Below are positions 12,840-25,587 of a DNA stretch of 64,000 nucleotides, one piece after another. Position 1 is the first letter of the stretch. Each line of letters starts with the position of its first letter. The notes below the pieces were generated by a model. That model had not been told where the DNA came from and searched no databases. It was given only the letters and a program-made list of their open reading frames with translations. The position numbers and the translations under genes were made by a program. Source of the stretch: Hydrolagus colliei (lineage: Eukaryota). The stretch is taken from NCBI GenBank assembly GCA_035084275.1, contig CM068746.1, positions 31,806,001 through 31,870,000 on the forward strand. The letters run 5' to 3'.

Positions 12840-13385
12840 CCAAGCATTAGAGGAAACTTTTATAGTAACTGGAAAAATAGTTAAATGAACTTGTATTCCA
12901 TACCTGACCGGTCGGAAACCTCGGTGCACATTTTACAAGAAATACCTGAATACAGCAACATTATTTAAAATACTTCCATATAAATGAATGCAACATCAAT
13001 GTTGAAAACATGTCATTTTAAATGTAACAGTATAACAAGCAAATCTATCACAAGATGATCACTAACACCGGTAATCTTTTCATTAAATGTTTACAGTGGG
13101 ATTTTCTACAAAATGATGTAACAAAATGATAGATATTGTTAGCGATCGGTGTGTGATGGACCCCAAGAACTGTGAGGTAGATAAATGATAACAATGTGTA
13201 AGTCAGATCGCAACAACACATATGTACATTTTTTGTCTGCTCTCAAATTTCACATGTCACGATCTGAAGAACGTCAGAAGGAATCCTATAGTGGCTCTGT
13301 CCTCAGCACAGAGGTACATCAGCCACAGTACCATCTGATAATACTCCAAGATTTCCCTCAAGATGTCCTTCAACTAACTCCTCAA

Positions 13386-13740
13386 GCAACAACAACTTGC
13401 ATTTATATAGCACCCTCCACACAGAGTGGCATCTCAGAGCGCTGAACAGTGGGTGAGGCAGCCAGTGTGGGGGAGGTGACTGTAAGCACGGTCGAAAAAG
13501 AAGGTTTTCAGGCGGGACTTGATAAACGGGAGAAAAGGGGCAAGGAGAGAGCTTTCCACAGTTTCAGAGCATAGTGGCTGAAAGTACGACCTTCAATGGT
13601 GGAGCGGAGGAGGGTTGTGAGGGACGAGCAGGAGGATGGTGCCAGTCGACGCGGAGGTTCGCGGGTGGTGGATTGGGGAATGACGTCAAAGCTGAATGAT
13701 GTCATCTGGTTGTGGTAAAGAGGACCGGTAGAGACTCATA
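13386..13740 (-). mobile_element. L2-type LINE 3' end
   Basis: EGRTFSHYALKLWKALS on the minus strand; (TTG)n tail. Confidence 0.75.
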
Positions 13741-15562
13741 GGTGGGTACACATTACTGACCAGCGAGACGACATGGAGCAATACCCGGGCTTTGCAATAT
13801 TGCAAAGTGTTTTGCAACATTGAATTCACATTGCACAGTTCCCATGAATACATCGAGCTTCTGGCACATGGGCTAAAATCTCCCTCCTGCATGCTGTGGG
13901 ATTGTGGTGGTAGAAATGGCGGGACAGCACCTGGCAACTCTGGCCGATGTGTCCCTCTTACCTGTGATGAACAACATATGAGACACTGCCTCCTGCCACC
14001 CAACTTTATACCCTGCGGTCTGATCCCCACTTGGCCTTCAGTCTTGCTGAAACCACACAAGATTTCTTATGTTGTGCACACACCATCTCCTTGTCCAAGA
14101 TCACGAGTCCCTGCTGTTATTCTGATCCCTATGACTTCGATGAGGAAGAATACTCTGTGGAAATACAAAGACAAAAGTTTTGCTTAACCAACGATGCATC
14201 AACTGAACAATAAGAACTTGTAAGAATGAGAAAGCTGACTTTGTGGACATTATGCAAGAGAAAATGGTTATAGACCAAGAAGATTTACATCTGCTTTGAA
14301 GCACATATGTTATTGCAATGCAGGTTATATAATGTTAAATGCAAAGAGGTGAGACTGCAATATCTGAAGTAAAAAGATCATGGGTTTGACAAACAATACA
14401 ACACTCACCAGATTCATTGGAGTCAGAGGGGGTGTCAGGTCCATGTTGCACAAGGTGGAATATTCAGCCACCTTTCTTCTGCCCAAATTAGGATTTTTTC
14501 TTTTGGCACATCTGTGTGTTGGATTGTAGCTCTTTTTTTGTTAATAGTAATTTCGTTTTGTCAAGTGCTACATTGTATATATCATTGATGTGCTTTCAAC
14601 GGTTGATTGAACAGTGGTTGAGCTAATTTGGAAACTGCTGAATTTGACCATTATATTGAAGACTCGGTAGTGGACATGTTGGGCTTTGTGGTGAGTGATA
14701 TGTTTGTAAATATGTGCATTCATTCACAAATGTAGGTGTGTGACCATCATAAAGGTTTCTGCCATTTGTTTGGTGAATGCCATATTTGTGTCTTTTTAGC
14801 TAAGTCACCTGCAGCATTCAACCCTGGTTTATTTGACCTTAGCTCAACATTCAAATGGATTAAAAATTCCTAGTCAGCATTAAGCCACCTCCTTGGTAAT
14901 TAGCAGAATATTGAAATAGCATACTGTCCTCTTAGTTCGATCTAGTGCTGCCCTGAAAGGTTCAAAGTGAAATAGATTTTCAGGCTAACTAGGTATGGGC
15001 GGCATACATTGCATTTACATTGCAGAAATGACACCTGTTGATCTTCTTAGGTTAATGCAGAGTAGAAGGCATCAATTTTAACTTTCAGCCCAAGCTAAAG
15101 TCAATGGTACTTGATGCCAATGGTGCGGCCAAAAATGTGTTCTGATCCTCGACAATAAAATCTCTCATCTTGAAAAAGATTTTTCCCTCATCATCTTTCC
15201 ACTTGAAATCTATGTTACAGTATTTGCTAATTCAGACCACTAAACACTCAATTTCAGATTGACGGGACAAACCATAAAACCTAACATTATATAAGCTTCA
15301 AATTGCATTTATGCTTTTTTCATTCAACAAGTAATAGATAGAAAACGAAGAATAAAAAGACCAAAAATGAGATGAAGAGACAAAGAAATTCAAACAAATA
15401 TACAAATAAAAATGAGAAGAAAACTGTTTGGTTGATATTCACCATCATTTTTACAAAGTAAACATTTAGCATTTTAAATATCTCATTTTTGTAATTAAAG
15501 AAGGAATCCCAGCAATTATCTCGGTTTAAAAAGTCTTGGAATAGATCAGTGGGATAATAAAA

Positions 15563-15735
15563 ATAATAATCCCTGCATTTGATATAGCGATTTTCACGTC
15601 TTTTAGATGTCTCAAAGTACGTCACACAATATACTGTAAAGTGAATTGACTGTATATTTGTGAACAAAACACAGTAGCCAATTGTGCACAGCAGTGTCCC
15701 ACAAGTAGTCGTGGATTGCAAGGACCATTTAAAAA
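15563..15735 (-). mobile_element. SINE 3' half (dominant family)
   Basis: Central gtgggacactgctgtgcacaattggc plus tail. Confidence 0.85.
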
Positions 15736-16278
15736 AAAAAAGAGCAGGAGAGGAGAGCATGAGACTTTGTTCTTTCAGAATGAAGACATGAGTTTGAGCT
15801 CAATTGTATAGAATGACAGTTTTCTTTCTCTGATGGTTATCAAGGCCTGCAAGAATTTAGGAATTATCATAGCCATTGCTCTGTTCCTCATTTCACTGAC
15901 CTATGGTACGAAAAGGGCCCCAAATTTGGGACTAATCTCAGAAGTAATGTGAGAAATGGAAAGGCTGTTGCAGTGGTGTGGCAGTAAGAATGCTTCTATT
16001 AAGGCTGAATCATTTTGTTGAAAGTAAAGGTAGGAATTTTACAATGCACTTAATCCATGCCATAACTGGCCTGTGAGATATTATTGGAGATATTGGGAGC
16101 CCAAAGTGCAAAACGCTCCATTCCACGTCATTGCTGGACCTCACCTTGATCAGAACAAAGCTTCAGTCAGAAAAAAAGGTGTTACTTACTCAAACAGCAT
16201 GTAGACAATGGAATGAGATACTCTTCATTTTAAAAACTGAATGCGACAATTAATATAATTAAGATTTCTTTGAAGTAC

Positions 16279-16406
16279 CTGCAAAGAAAGTGAGTTCTTC
16301 TGCACTGCTTTTCCAACTATGCCCTGTTCTTTGCGTTTCTTGAACTTTCTGAAGTAATCCTGGATTAGGAATGTGGCATAGAATTTGCCCACAGTAACTT
16401 CATCAT
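16279..16406 (-). CDS. CACNA1C: CACNA1C exon (~42), calmodulin-binding IQ motif: [29 protein letters not shown]...SLSLQ
   Basis: 128 nt, ttccag| ... |gtactt, phase 1->0. Confidence 0.97.
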
Positions 16407-16410
16407 CTGG

Positions 16411-16500
16411 AATAATAATAATAATAACAACAATAATCATCCTTTCATTTGATATAGCGTCTTTATCATCAAAATGCCATCTCAAAGCACTTCGCAGGAC
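16411..16500 (-). mobile_element. SINE 3' tail abutting the IQ-exon acceptor
   Basis: gaagtgctttgagatgg...gacgctatatcaaatgaaagg then (TTA)n running into ccag|exon. Confidence 0.85.
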
Positions 16501-16664
16501 TGAGTGCAAACTGCAGTGACTACATTTCATACACAAAAGCAAAAATGTGACCACATTTGCAAAGTTAGAAATTATTATGACATTCGGTCTTGTTAATATT
16601 CAAGGTAATAGACTGATTGCCCTGAGCCATCTATGGAGACTGATGAGAAGCTGGTGTGATTATT

Positions 16665-16885
16665 ATGTCCCACAAACAATCATGGGTTGAATTACCACAT
16701 TTTTAAACAAATGGATTATTACCCCAAAAAGCAATCCACCAATCTAACAACCAGGCTCCTACTTACTAAAATTAAACAGAGGCATGTGAGGGATCTTGGC
16801 TAAGGTTTCAACCTGCCCAGGAATCAAACCTGGGTCCACTCGCTTGTGACGCGAGTGCTCTAACCACTATGCTATAAATCTCCAC
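16665..16885 (-). mobile_element. SINE 5' part (dominant family)
   Basis: tRNA-like head atagcatagtggttagagcactcgc...ggtttgattcc. Confidence 0.8.
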
Positions 16886-17028
16886 CAATTGGAAAAGTCT
16901 GAGAACTTCTACTGTCCTATTATTACCGCAATATTATTTGAGTGTTTCTCATAGTACAGTCAAGTAGGTGTTAACTGACATGATAATCTTATTGATTCAT
17001 GAAGCTTCTTCCCTTTTCAGATCCTCAC

Positions 17029-17130
17029 CTCCAGCCGGTGGTACAACCTGATCCAGTAGCTTCATACTTGTACGTTTCCAGATTTTCTTGACAATTGCAC
17101 GCAGCTCCTCGTTCGCTTGCTCCAAGTTTC
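17029..17130 (-). CDS. CACNA1C: CACNA1C exon (~41), pre-IQ: [34 protein letters not shown]
   Basis: 102 nt, gagcag| ... |gtgagg, phase 1->1. Confidence 0.97.
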
Positions 17131-17239
17131 CTGCTCAACGAAAACAGTTTTAAACAAAATGTAACTTGCACTTTCCTCCAACAGTCCAGCGGGTAAAGGC
17201 CCGAGCAAGGCGACCAGAAGATTATATAATCAATTATTT

Positions 17240-17530
17240 TTCAGTGCTGTGTTTGTGATCTCATTTGGGACACTACCACTGATCTCAGCAACCTGGAGCA
17301 GGATGGCAAATTAAATCAGGGTTCCTGTTCCTGATTATTATTCACTGATACTTATTGAAACATGTATGAATGGCATTGGATGAGCTCGGGAATGAGCTTG
17401 TACTGCCTTTCATGGCTACACAATCTGTTGCTATTCATTGTCTAAACTCACCCACGAAGACTTGGGAGACACTCATGTTTATTCCCAGGCCCGAGTAGGC
17501 AGCTTTGGTAGAGAGAGAAGTGGGAAAATG
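17240..17530 (+). mobile_element. Old SINE-like fragment (UCON3/LF-SINE-like; related piece at ~28710-28920)
   Basis: cagggttcctgttcctgatt...tcattgtctaaactcacccacgaaga resembles a recalled ancient vertebrate SINE body; family name unverified. Confidence 0.4.
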
Positions 17531-18127
17531 GCCTATAAAGTTTATCTGTTACAAAATAAATATTTTGCCATATTTTTCGAGTGCCCGTAGCTATCAGAAA
17601 CGATTTGCCCTTTGCTAATATGCCTATATAAAACTTCCAAAATTAAGTTTTCTGGGGAAGAAAATTCACATATTTCGAAGAATATTTCTGCAGTACAAGT
17701 TTCTTGCCAGAAAACATTTTGCAAATGCCCCATCTTGCAGACAAATTTTACAACATAGGTGTTACTCTCGTGGAAATCTCATTAGCAATCACACATGCAG
17801 ATAACACTTTGGATCTGGGAAGGTTAGACATTGTCAAAAGCCACAATTATTTGTTGATCCAAACCATGCTATTTGTTTTTTTCGAGAACATCCTCAACTT
17901 CTCTGTAGCTGGCTTCAGTGAGTTACCAAAATAAGGAAGGTGAGGAAAAGCAAAAATAGACAAATTTAGTGTAGAGAAAAAAAGGCTGCTGCAAAGGCGG
18001 AGAAAATTGGAGAAGGGAAACAAATGAAAGGGAAATAAGAAATAACACAGAAATTCAATTCTTTGCATTCTTTTTCTGGTGTTTTCATGGTTCACATGTG
18101 CAAAATGTTTGACATTAATTTAACTTA

Positions 18128-18301
<174 letters not shown>

Positions 18302-18930
18302 CTAGCTCGCTTAACTATCACTGAACATCAAAGTAGGCTCAGGAAGCTAACTCTAATCTGCTTAGAAACTATTAGAAATGATGAAGAGAATAACTGTGTT
18401 TGCAAAGAAATGTTTTCTGCAAGACTAGAATAGAAGGACAAGATCATCCGATGAAGAAGCCATTACGTTCAGTTGTTGATTATGTAATAGAAAACCAACT
18501 AATATAATAAATAATAATCCTTGCATTTGTTATAGTGCCTTACCATGTCACCAAAATGTGTCTGTATATTTTCAAGCTAAACATGACAGCAGCACATAGC
18601 AATATCCTGCAAACAGTCTTGAAGTGAGTGACCAATTTTAGGGGGGATTGTTGGCCAAGTGATATATTCTGAGAGGTCAGGCTCTTTCACAGATCACATA
18701 CGACCCACTCGAATGTAAATTCCACCCAACTAATTTGCTTTTCTGAAGAATGGTTTCCCTATTTTAAAGGTTTCACTTGCACAGGCCTGTCTTAGAAATT
18801 CATGCATCAACTCCACTATGCGATTTAGTTCACCTTACATTTCCTCTCTTTAGCTCACAAGGAAGATTGAAGGTTGAAGGAAGAAAGAGTTTTGAGATGT
18901 ACAGTATCTGTAGACTATACCAAACCTTAC

Positions 18931-19027
18931 TTTGCAGGCCACACGATGTGGGCACAGCTTGCCAAATCCTAAAGGAGGCTGTATTCTCCTTAGTAGTGTC
19001 ACCACATCTAAGTGTTTGATACGTCCC
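18931..19027 (-). CDS. CACNA1C: CACNA1C exon (~39): [32 protein letters not shown]
   Basis: 97 nt, ttccag| ... |gtaagg, phase 2->0. Confidence 0.97.
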
Positions 19028-19576
19028 CTGGAACATACAAAGACAAATCTGGTTATTAAACAAAACAGAGACATGACCCATTTATTTTGTATGAGCATAG
19101 AACTCCTTCTTTTCTTCATGTAATCTAATCCCTAATTTATTCCTAGAGGTCTCCATTGCATCCACCGTGAATGTCATCATAGATTTCACTGTTGTTAATT
19201 TAAAGGCAGCCATTCTAAAATATGCAAGAGGACTCCATGTGTTTGAGGATTCCCATAATCTATTTGGCAGGTTGGCTGTCATTGGAGGATCAGAACCACT
19301 AATGCACATTATAATTCATTGGTACACATCCCTTATGATGGGTACATTCCTTCACCCAAATTGCAAAACTCTGAAGTAAAGTCAAATGTGTAACCGGTGC
19401 ATATTGTAACAGTGCAGTTCATCGAACAGACATATATAATGCACATTGAAGAGTTTACAACATTGTACAATGTCTTATGTGGCGTTTATGTGAATGCCGT
19501 ATAAACATTGTACATTACGGAGCTTATGGCAAAATGAGGTAAATGTCAAAATCAGAATAGGAAGCGACATCACTTA

Positions 19577-20040
<464 letters not shown>

Positions 20041-20263
20041 CCTAAATAGTCCAGATGCTTGTCTTACATTTCATCATGCTTTTTAAATGAGAAAGAGATT
20101 AGGAAGAAAGTCAGCTTGGATCCCATTAAAGCACATTCAGCATCTCGACTTGTGAACTTCACACAGCATCTCTGCACACCAACTTCTAACTGTTTGCCAG
20201 TCACAAACTGACTCTTATTGCTCTTAAAAATCCTGTGTCAGATTCCCATGTGTCTGTACTTAC

Positions 20264-20420
20264 CAAAAAGGCACACAGCATGTAGAAGCTAACAAAGTAG
20301 AAGAAAGCAAAATGAGTCCCACAGATGAATTCCGCCTCCTGATCTGCTGATTCTTTCTCACACTGTTTTCCTGGGAGACAGGATAGCATAATTTCTTGCC
20401 AGGCTTCACCTGTAGCACAT
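20264..20420 (-). CDS. CACNA1C: CACNA1C exon (~37), repeat IV selectivity Glu and IVS6 start: [11 protein letters not shown]...FYMLCAFL
   Basis: 157 nt, cttcag| ... |gtaagt, phase 2->0; TGEAW motif. Confidence 0.97.
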
Positions 20421-21062
20421 CTGAAGAGAAAAGACAAGGTGTGTAAATTTGTTTCAATAAATAACAATACGTGATAGTGTATCAGCAGTGTTAAAGTGAT
20501 ATATGAAGGGAGCCAATGATATGCTTACATATAGAGAACCATAGCAAAGTAATTCAGCCCATTAAGTCCATGCTGGCTCTTTGAAAGAGTAATCAACTCA
20601 GTCCCAATTACCTGCCATATTACCACAATGATTCCATCAAAACCCATCATAATTTTAAAGACCTCTCTAAGTTCTCTCCTCATCCTTCTTTCTTCCAGTG
20701 AAAATATTTGTAAGGCATACTAGTACGTAGGCCAACAATTAGGAATACTATTGTCTAAACAGAGTGTGAAATGACACTTAAACAACAACTGTCTTCCAGG
20801 GCTGTTCACTAAGATACTTTCTAGAAGTTGGAGGTTGATTCTCCCTCCTATTCCATACAAGCTCCCATTCTCTGACATCACATTACAAGGTCATGTAATT
20901 GTTCTGTTTCCAACAATCTGCCAAGGGCCTTCTCTAACTGACTACTAATTATTATTATTACTTGAATATTTCTGAGGTTGATGATGGCATTGATTGACAT
21001 GACATGTGCAAGCAACTGCGAGATGGTGGAAGGCAAACTAGATGGACCTCGGTCTTCTTTAG

Positions 21063-21326
21063 ATAATAATAATAATCCTTGCATTTGATAAAGTGCTTTT
21101 CACGTTTTCTAGACGTCTCAAAGTGCTTCACAGAATATACTGTATTAGATGCGCGCAGCATTGTCCACAAACAATCATGGATTGAAATGAACAATTTTTT
21201 TTTGAAGGATTATTATTAGGCATGCAGGGTAAGGAAACTTGCCCAAGGTTTTGTCCTCCCTGGAATTGAACCCAGGTCTCTCGCTTGTAAGGTGAGCTCT
21301 CTAACCACTGAGCTACAGGACTCCAC
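21063..21326 (-). mobile_element. Full-length SINE with internal deletion
   Basis: ggagtcctgtagctcagtggttagagagctcacc...ggttcaattcc head; (TTA)n tail. Confidence 0.9.
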
Positions 21327-21657
21327 ATGGTAGGAAGGGACGGAATGGGGAGTCATTGGAGGAAGGTGGGGAAGAATCATGGGAGGAAGTGGGGGGGGGT
21401 AATAATACTTGTAAAGACTGCAAAACATCGGATCATATGACAGTGTTAGAGCACAGACAACTGACAGAAAGAAGCAGTGATACAGGAACGTCCTTTCTGC
21501 TTGTCACAACCATGTGAGGTCAGAATTATCTACAAATGTCAATAGCTACAAACATGACTGCTGGTACTTTAAATGCTGTGTTGTTATTCTCAGTAGTGTA
21601 AAAAGCATATTTTATCAACACCAGCCACACCAAAGCTTTTTCAAAGTTTCAATTGAC

Positions 21658-21693
21658 CTGACCATGAAACTGACCATGAAACTGACCATGAAA
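21658..21693. repeat. 12-bp tandem repeat x3 (ctgaccatgaaa)
   Basis: Three perfect copies. Confidence 0.95.
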
Positions 21694-22995
21694 TAGGAGA
21701 GCTAAACTCTCATTGTTAGTAACCACCAGTCATATATTGTAGAGATTGTCCACAAGCAGAACAAGACTGTGTTCTAAACACAACAATATTCATATTTCAA
21801 ACTATTCATGACTATTATAATTTAATAGCCAATAAAATTAGTAAATTACAGGTACTAGCAATTCTTATTTGTAAACCTTCTCCAGCTTTACCAATTAAAA
21901 ATGCAAACATGTTAAATCCTAAATATTCACTCATTTAATTGCAACACCAAGTAGATTGAGTGAGTTGCATAAATCAAAAATATAGATTTTAAGGCAGTTA
22001 ATGTTGTGTCTCTATCAAAGGAGTGCAGTAAAAAGCTTTACTGTCTAAGGCAGATAGAGAATTGTGTTGTCTATGTAATTTGAATAAGTATTGCTGATTT
22101 CTACCATTAAAGCCCTTTAAAGCAGTGATTTGAGAATAAAGTGAGGAAATGCCACAGTTTCTCAGCCTAGTCACATGTGGGATTGCGAGAAATACATTTC
22201 CCATTATTATGATATTCACAAAATAGATCAGCGTTTCTTATGTACTTATTATTTGTTGTTTTTTTTACACCCACAAGATGGTGCTCTTGGTCCGCCCCAA
22301 ATTCCAAGATGCAGTGAGAAACACCAGGTCCTTGTCACCTTGCCACATTGACCAACATTTACTGGGACTGTTCATTTAAAAAAAAACTGAAACTTCCTTT
22401 AATGCATTTCAGTACACATCTTTTCTTAACTTTCAATTCTTTCTCAGATTTCAAATATTTTCAGATCCTCTTTCTTGCTATTTTTGTGATTTATTCACCT
22501 TGTATAATATATTTTTGAATCATTATCTGTTTCAGGCCATTTTCCAAAAGAGGACTTTTGAGGATCATTCCACTGCTTTAAATATTTTTTGGTTTCTCTT
22601 CCCCCAACCACCAAAACAGCACAGATTTTGTTTAACTCAGTGCCACCTTTCATATTAACACAAGTGACTTGTCATCCTTTCAGTGAACTAGTGATCAGAG
22701 TGAGCCATAACTGTTCATTAAATGCTGTCCATATGTGCTAACCCACAGACAACATTATCTCTGGTTTAATTGCAGGGGTTCCTAAAATTGGAAAGTTAAG
22801 CGAGACTATTTTTTTTCCATTACTGTTACTGGGAAATGTTTGCACATGAAATGTCTGCACATTTCAGTGATGTATGGGATATATTACAGCATTTTTTTGA
22901 ATCACATAATTAGTCATGCACAGAGAAGTAGCTTGACAAGGCATGCTGTAAAAATTTTTGAAAAATGATTAGCCAACTGACAAGCATGATCAATA

Positions 22996-23195
22996 TTAAT
23001 AAAAATCCTTGCATTTGATATAGTGATTTTCACATCTTCTAGACATCTCAAAGCACTTCACAGAATATATTGTGAAGTGAATTAACCATATATATGTAGG
23101 TGAAATGTGGTAACCAATTTTACACAGCAGTCCCCATAAACAGTCGTGGATTGAGGGATTATTATTAGGCATGTGGAGTAAGGGAACTTGCCCCA
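22996..23195 (-). mobile_element. SINE 3' two-thirds
   Basis: Matches family central domain and tail. Confidence 0.85.
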
Positions 23196-24524
23196 AAAAT
23201 TGTTCTGGTATTTCAACTGGATGAAAGAAGCAAAAATAGACCTTTTGGTTGAATTGGTTGGAGAAGGAGGAAGTAAAACTATGCACAAAATTAACTGGAA
23301 TTGGTATTAATTGTTATTTCCATGTGCATTTGTGTTTTGTTCTTGGCATCTGTGTGTACAATAAAATTTGACAATATGTTCTATAATTTTATCATTTCCT
23401 TCCCCTACATTTTTATTTTATCTTTCCAACTGCTTTTATCTGTCCTTGCGTTGACAGGTCAACCAACCAACTTTTTGACAGTGTGACATTTAAGCTGTGG
23501 TTGCTTGCAATTAAGTGGCTGCCTCTCCTAAAGTTTCCTTCCTTCCTGCTGAATGACAATTTTACTAGCTGTCCAGTGTTATGAATCAGGAGTAGTTTAG
23601 AGTGTGGATAGAAGTGTATTACAAACTACATGAAACTAATCCTTTTGGATCCTTACTACTGACACAAAGGCCATAGGTGCACTCCTATGTTGTTGGGTTC
23701 TAACTCCAGGATGAAGTGGCAGATTGTGCATGAAGACAATGGATACAGTTCCTTTTATTTGTTTTAGGGGAATGCTGGCATATTTTACTGGTCTACAAAC
23801 TCTATCACTCCACAAGGTACAGAGAGTTGGCTGTTTGTGAGACTATGTGCAACGTTTACTGTAAGGTAAATCCTGCAAATTGTTTGAGACTTTCGAACGA
23901 ATAATTGAAGGTGTGGATTTGAAGCGACAAACAATTGGGCTGGGCAATTGAGGAGGGAAAGTGATACTAAAGACAAATGCCAAACAGTGCAAGGCCAAAA
24001 TTCAGATCCATGGGGTGGGAAGATACTGAGATAGCAATAGTCCGAAGTTCTTAAACTGAATGTGAGTATCAGCAGTTTGGTGAAGCTCAGTGAAGATACT
24101 GTTCCTGAAATTTGCATTGAGTTTGCATGAAACTGCGCAGGAGATGAAAAGTGAGAGTGAAAAAGGAAAATTTCAAATGTTAAACCATGTGGAAGTAAAG
24201 GTTACATTTAGCCACATAACTGGTAAGAAACAAATTTAGACTGGGAAGTTGGCAGCTCATCTACCTACCCATTGTGCTGCATGGTGTGACATGACACGAA
24301 GGGAGGGAAAATTATCTTGAGGGGGGGGGGGAGGGAAGAAAAATAGAGTCCTCCCATTATGTTGGTGGATAATCGAGCATCATAAACTGCCAGCCCATCG
24401 GGTTACTATAGTTTTAATTTCAAGTTGTTAAAGCTCATGTTTTGATGTTGGTTCAGTGCCTATAGTTACAATAGGACATGAGTTATGGGATGAACAGCAA
24501 TTTTATAAAGTGAGTGTTACAAAC

Positions 24525-24616
24525 CTGAAGAGCAACAAAACAGCCTGTGGAAACGTTTGGAAATTGTTGTTTCTGTTGATGTGACTATTATCAATCATGG
24601 CAATTTTGCCAAACAC
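24525..24616 (-). CDS. CACNA1C: CACNA1C exon (~36), IV P-loop: [31 protein letters not shown]
   Basis: 92 nt, ttgtag| ... |gtttgt, phase 0->2. Confidence 0.97.
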
Positions 24617-24714
24617 CTACAATATAACAAAAGAAACAAATTACAATAGGATTTATATTGTACCAGTTAGACTTTTGTTTCACTATAACTTTTTTTCCAA
24701 ATATTTTACTCTAG

Positions 24715-25275
24715 TTTTCTCCTGCACATGCCTCTGCTCCTGATCCACAGGATACCTTGCGTCATATAAGGGTTTTACCCTCAAATAAACATCAGCAACT
24801 TCAGCTGCTTTTATCACGTCTAGGTTACAGTACTCCACCTCTCTGCTTGCCAGAGCTCCCACCTCTTCCCTCCACAAGCTGCAGACCATCTAGAATTGTG
24901 TTGCCTCTTTCCTCTCCTGCTCTAGCCTGTGCAAGTCGATTCTCGGCTCCATTCTCGGCTGCCTCTGCTACCTCACCAGGCCTCAGAGAATTGAATTTAA
25001 AGATGCTTGTCCTCACTTAAAGTCCCTCCACAGTCTTGCCCCACTCTCCCCCTCCCCCACCACCCCCATCCCAGAAAACCTCGAACTTGACCTTGACTCA
25101 TCCTCTTCAAGATCCGTCTTAAGACCTTCCTCTTTGACCATTCCTTCAGTCGTCTCTCCCTCACCTCCCCCAATCCAACCCCTAGCTCAGGGGCAAACGC
25201 TTGACTGTCCAGAGCCTTGGGGTATTCTCCCAAAATAAAAGGTGCCAAATAAAATCAATTTGTTGTTGTGTTATT
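24715..25275 (+). mobile_element. L2-type LINE 3' fragment
   Basis: LSRLGYSTPPLCLPELP (SRLDY.N.LL.GLP-like), FKIRLKTFLF, pyrimidine-rich 3' region and tail. Confidence 0.75.
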
Positions 25276-25458
25276 GAATCCGTATTCAAGGTTTCTAATT
25301 TTAAGAGTCAAGGTATTCTTTTATTGAAACCGCAAAACTGTATACTTCAAGAATTCTTTATGAACTTCTCTTGCATCCAATTAACATACTTGTCTTCCTT
25401 GTTTTTGTGCTTGACATTTAGCACTGTACAGTGTACAGGTAGCTAATGAATAAGCTTA

Positions 25459-25587
<129 letters not shown>

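Noticed and set aside
13686-14213. Overlapping 124/131/60-aa ORFs and a 16-bp palindrome at 13791-13806
   Set aside because: No recognisable protein; partly L2-derived; a short AT-rich palindrome is weak evidence.
15320-15760. 146-aa hydrophobic ORF
   Set aside because: SINE sequence plus a U-rich low-complexity tract read as Phe/Leu/Val.
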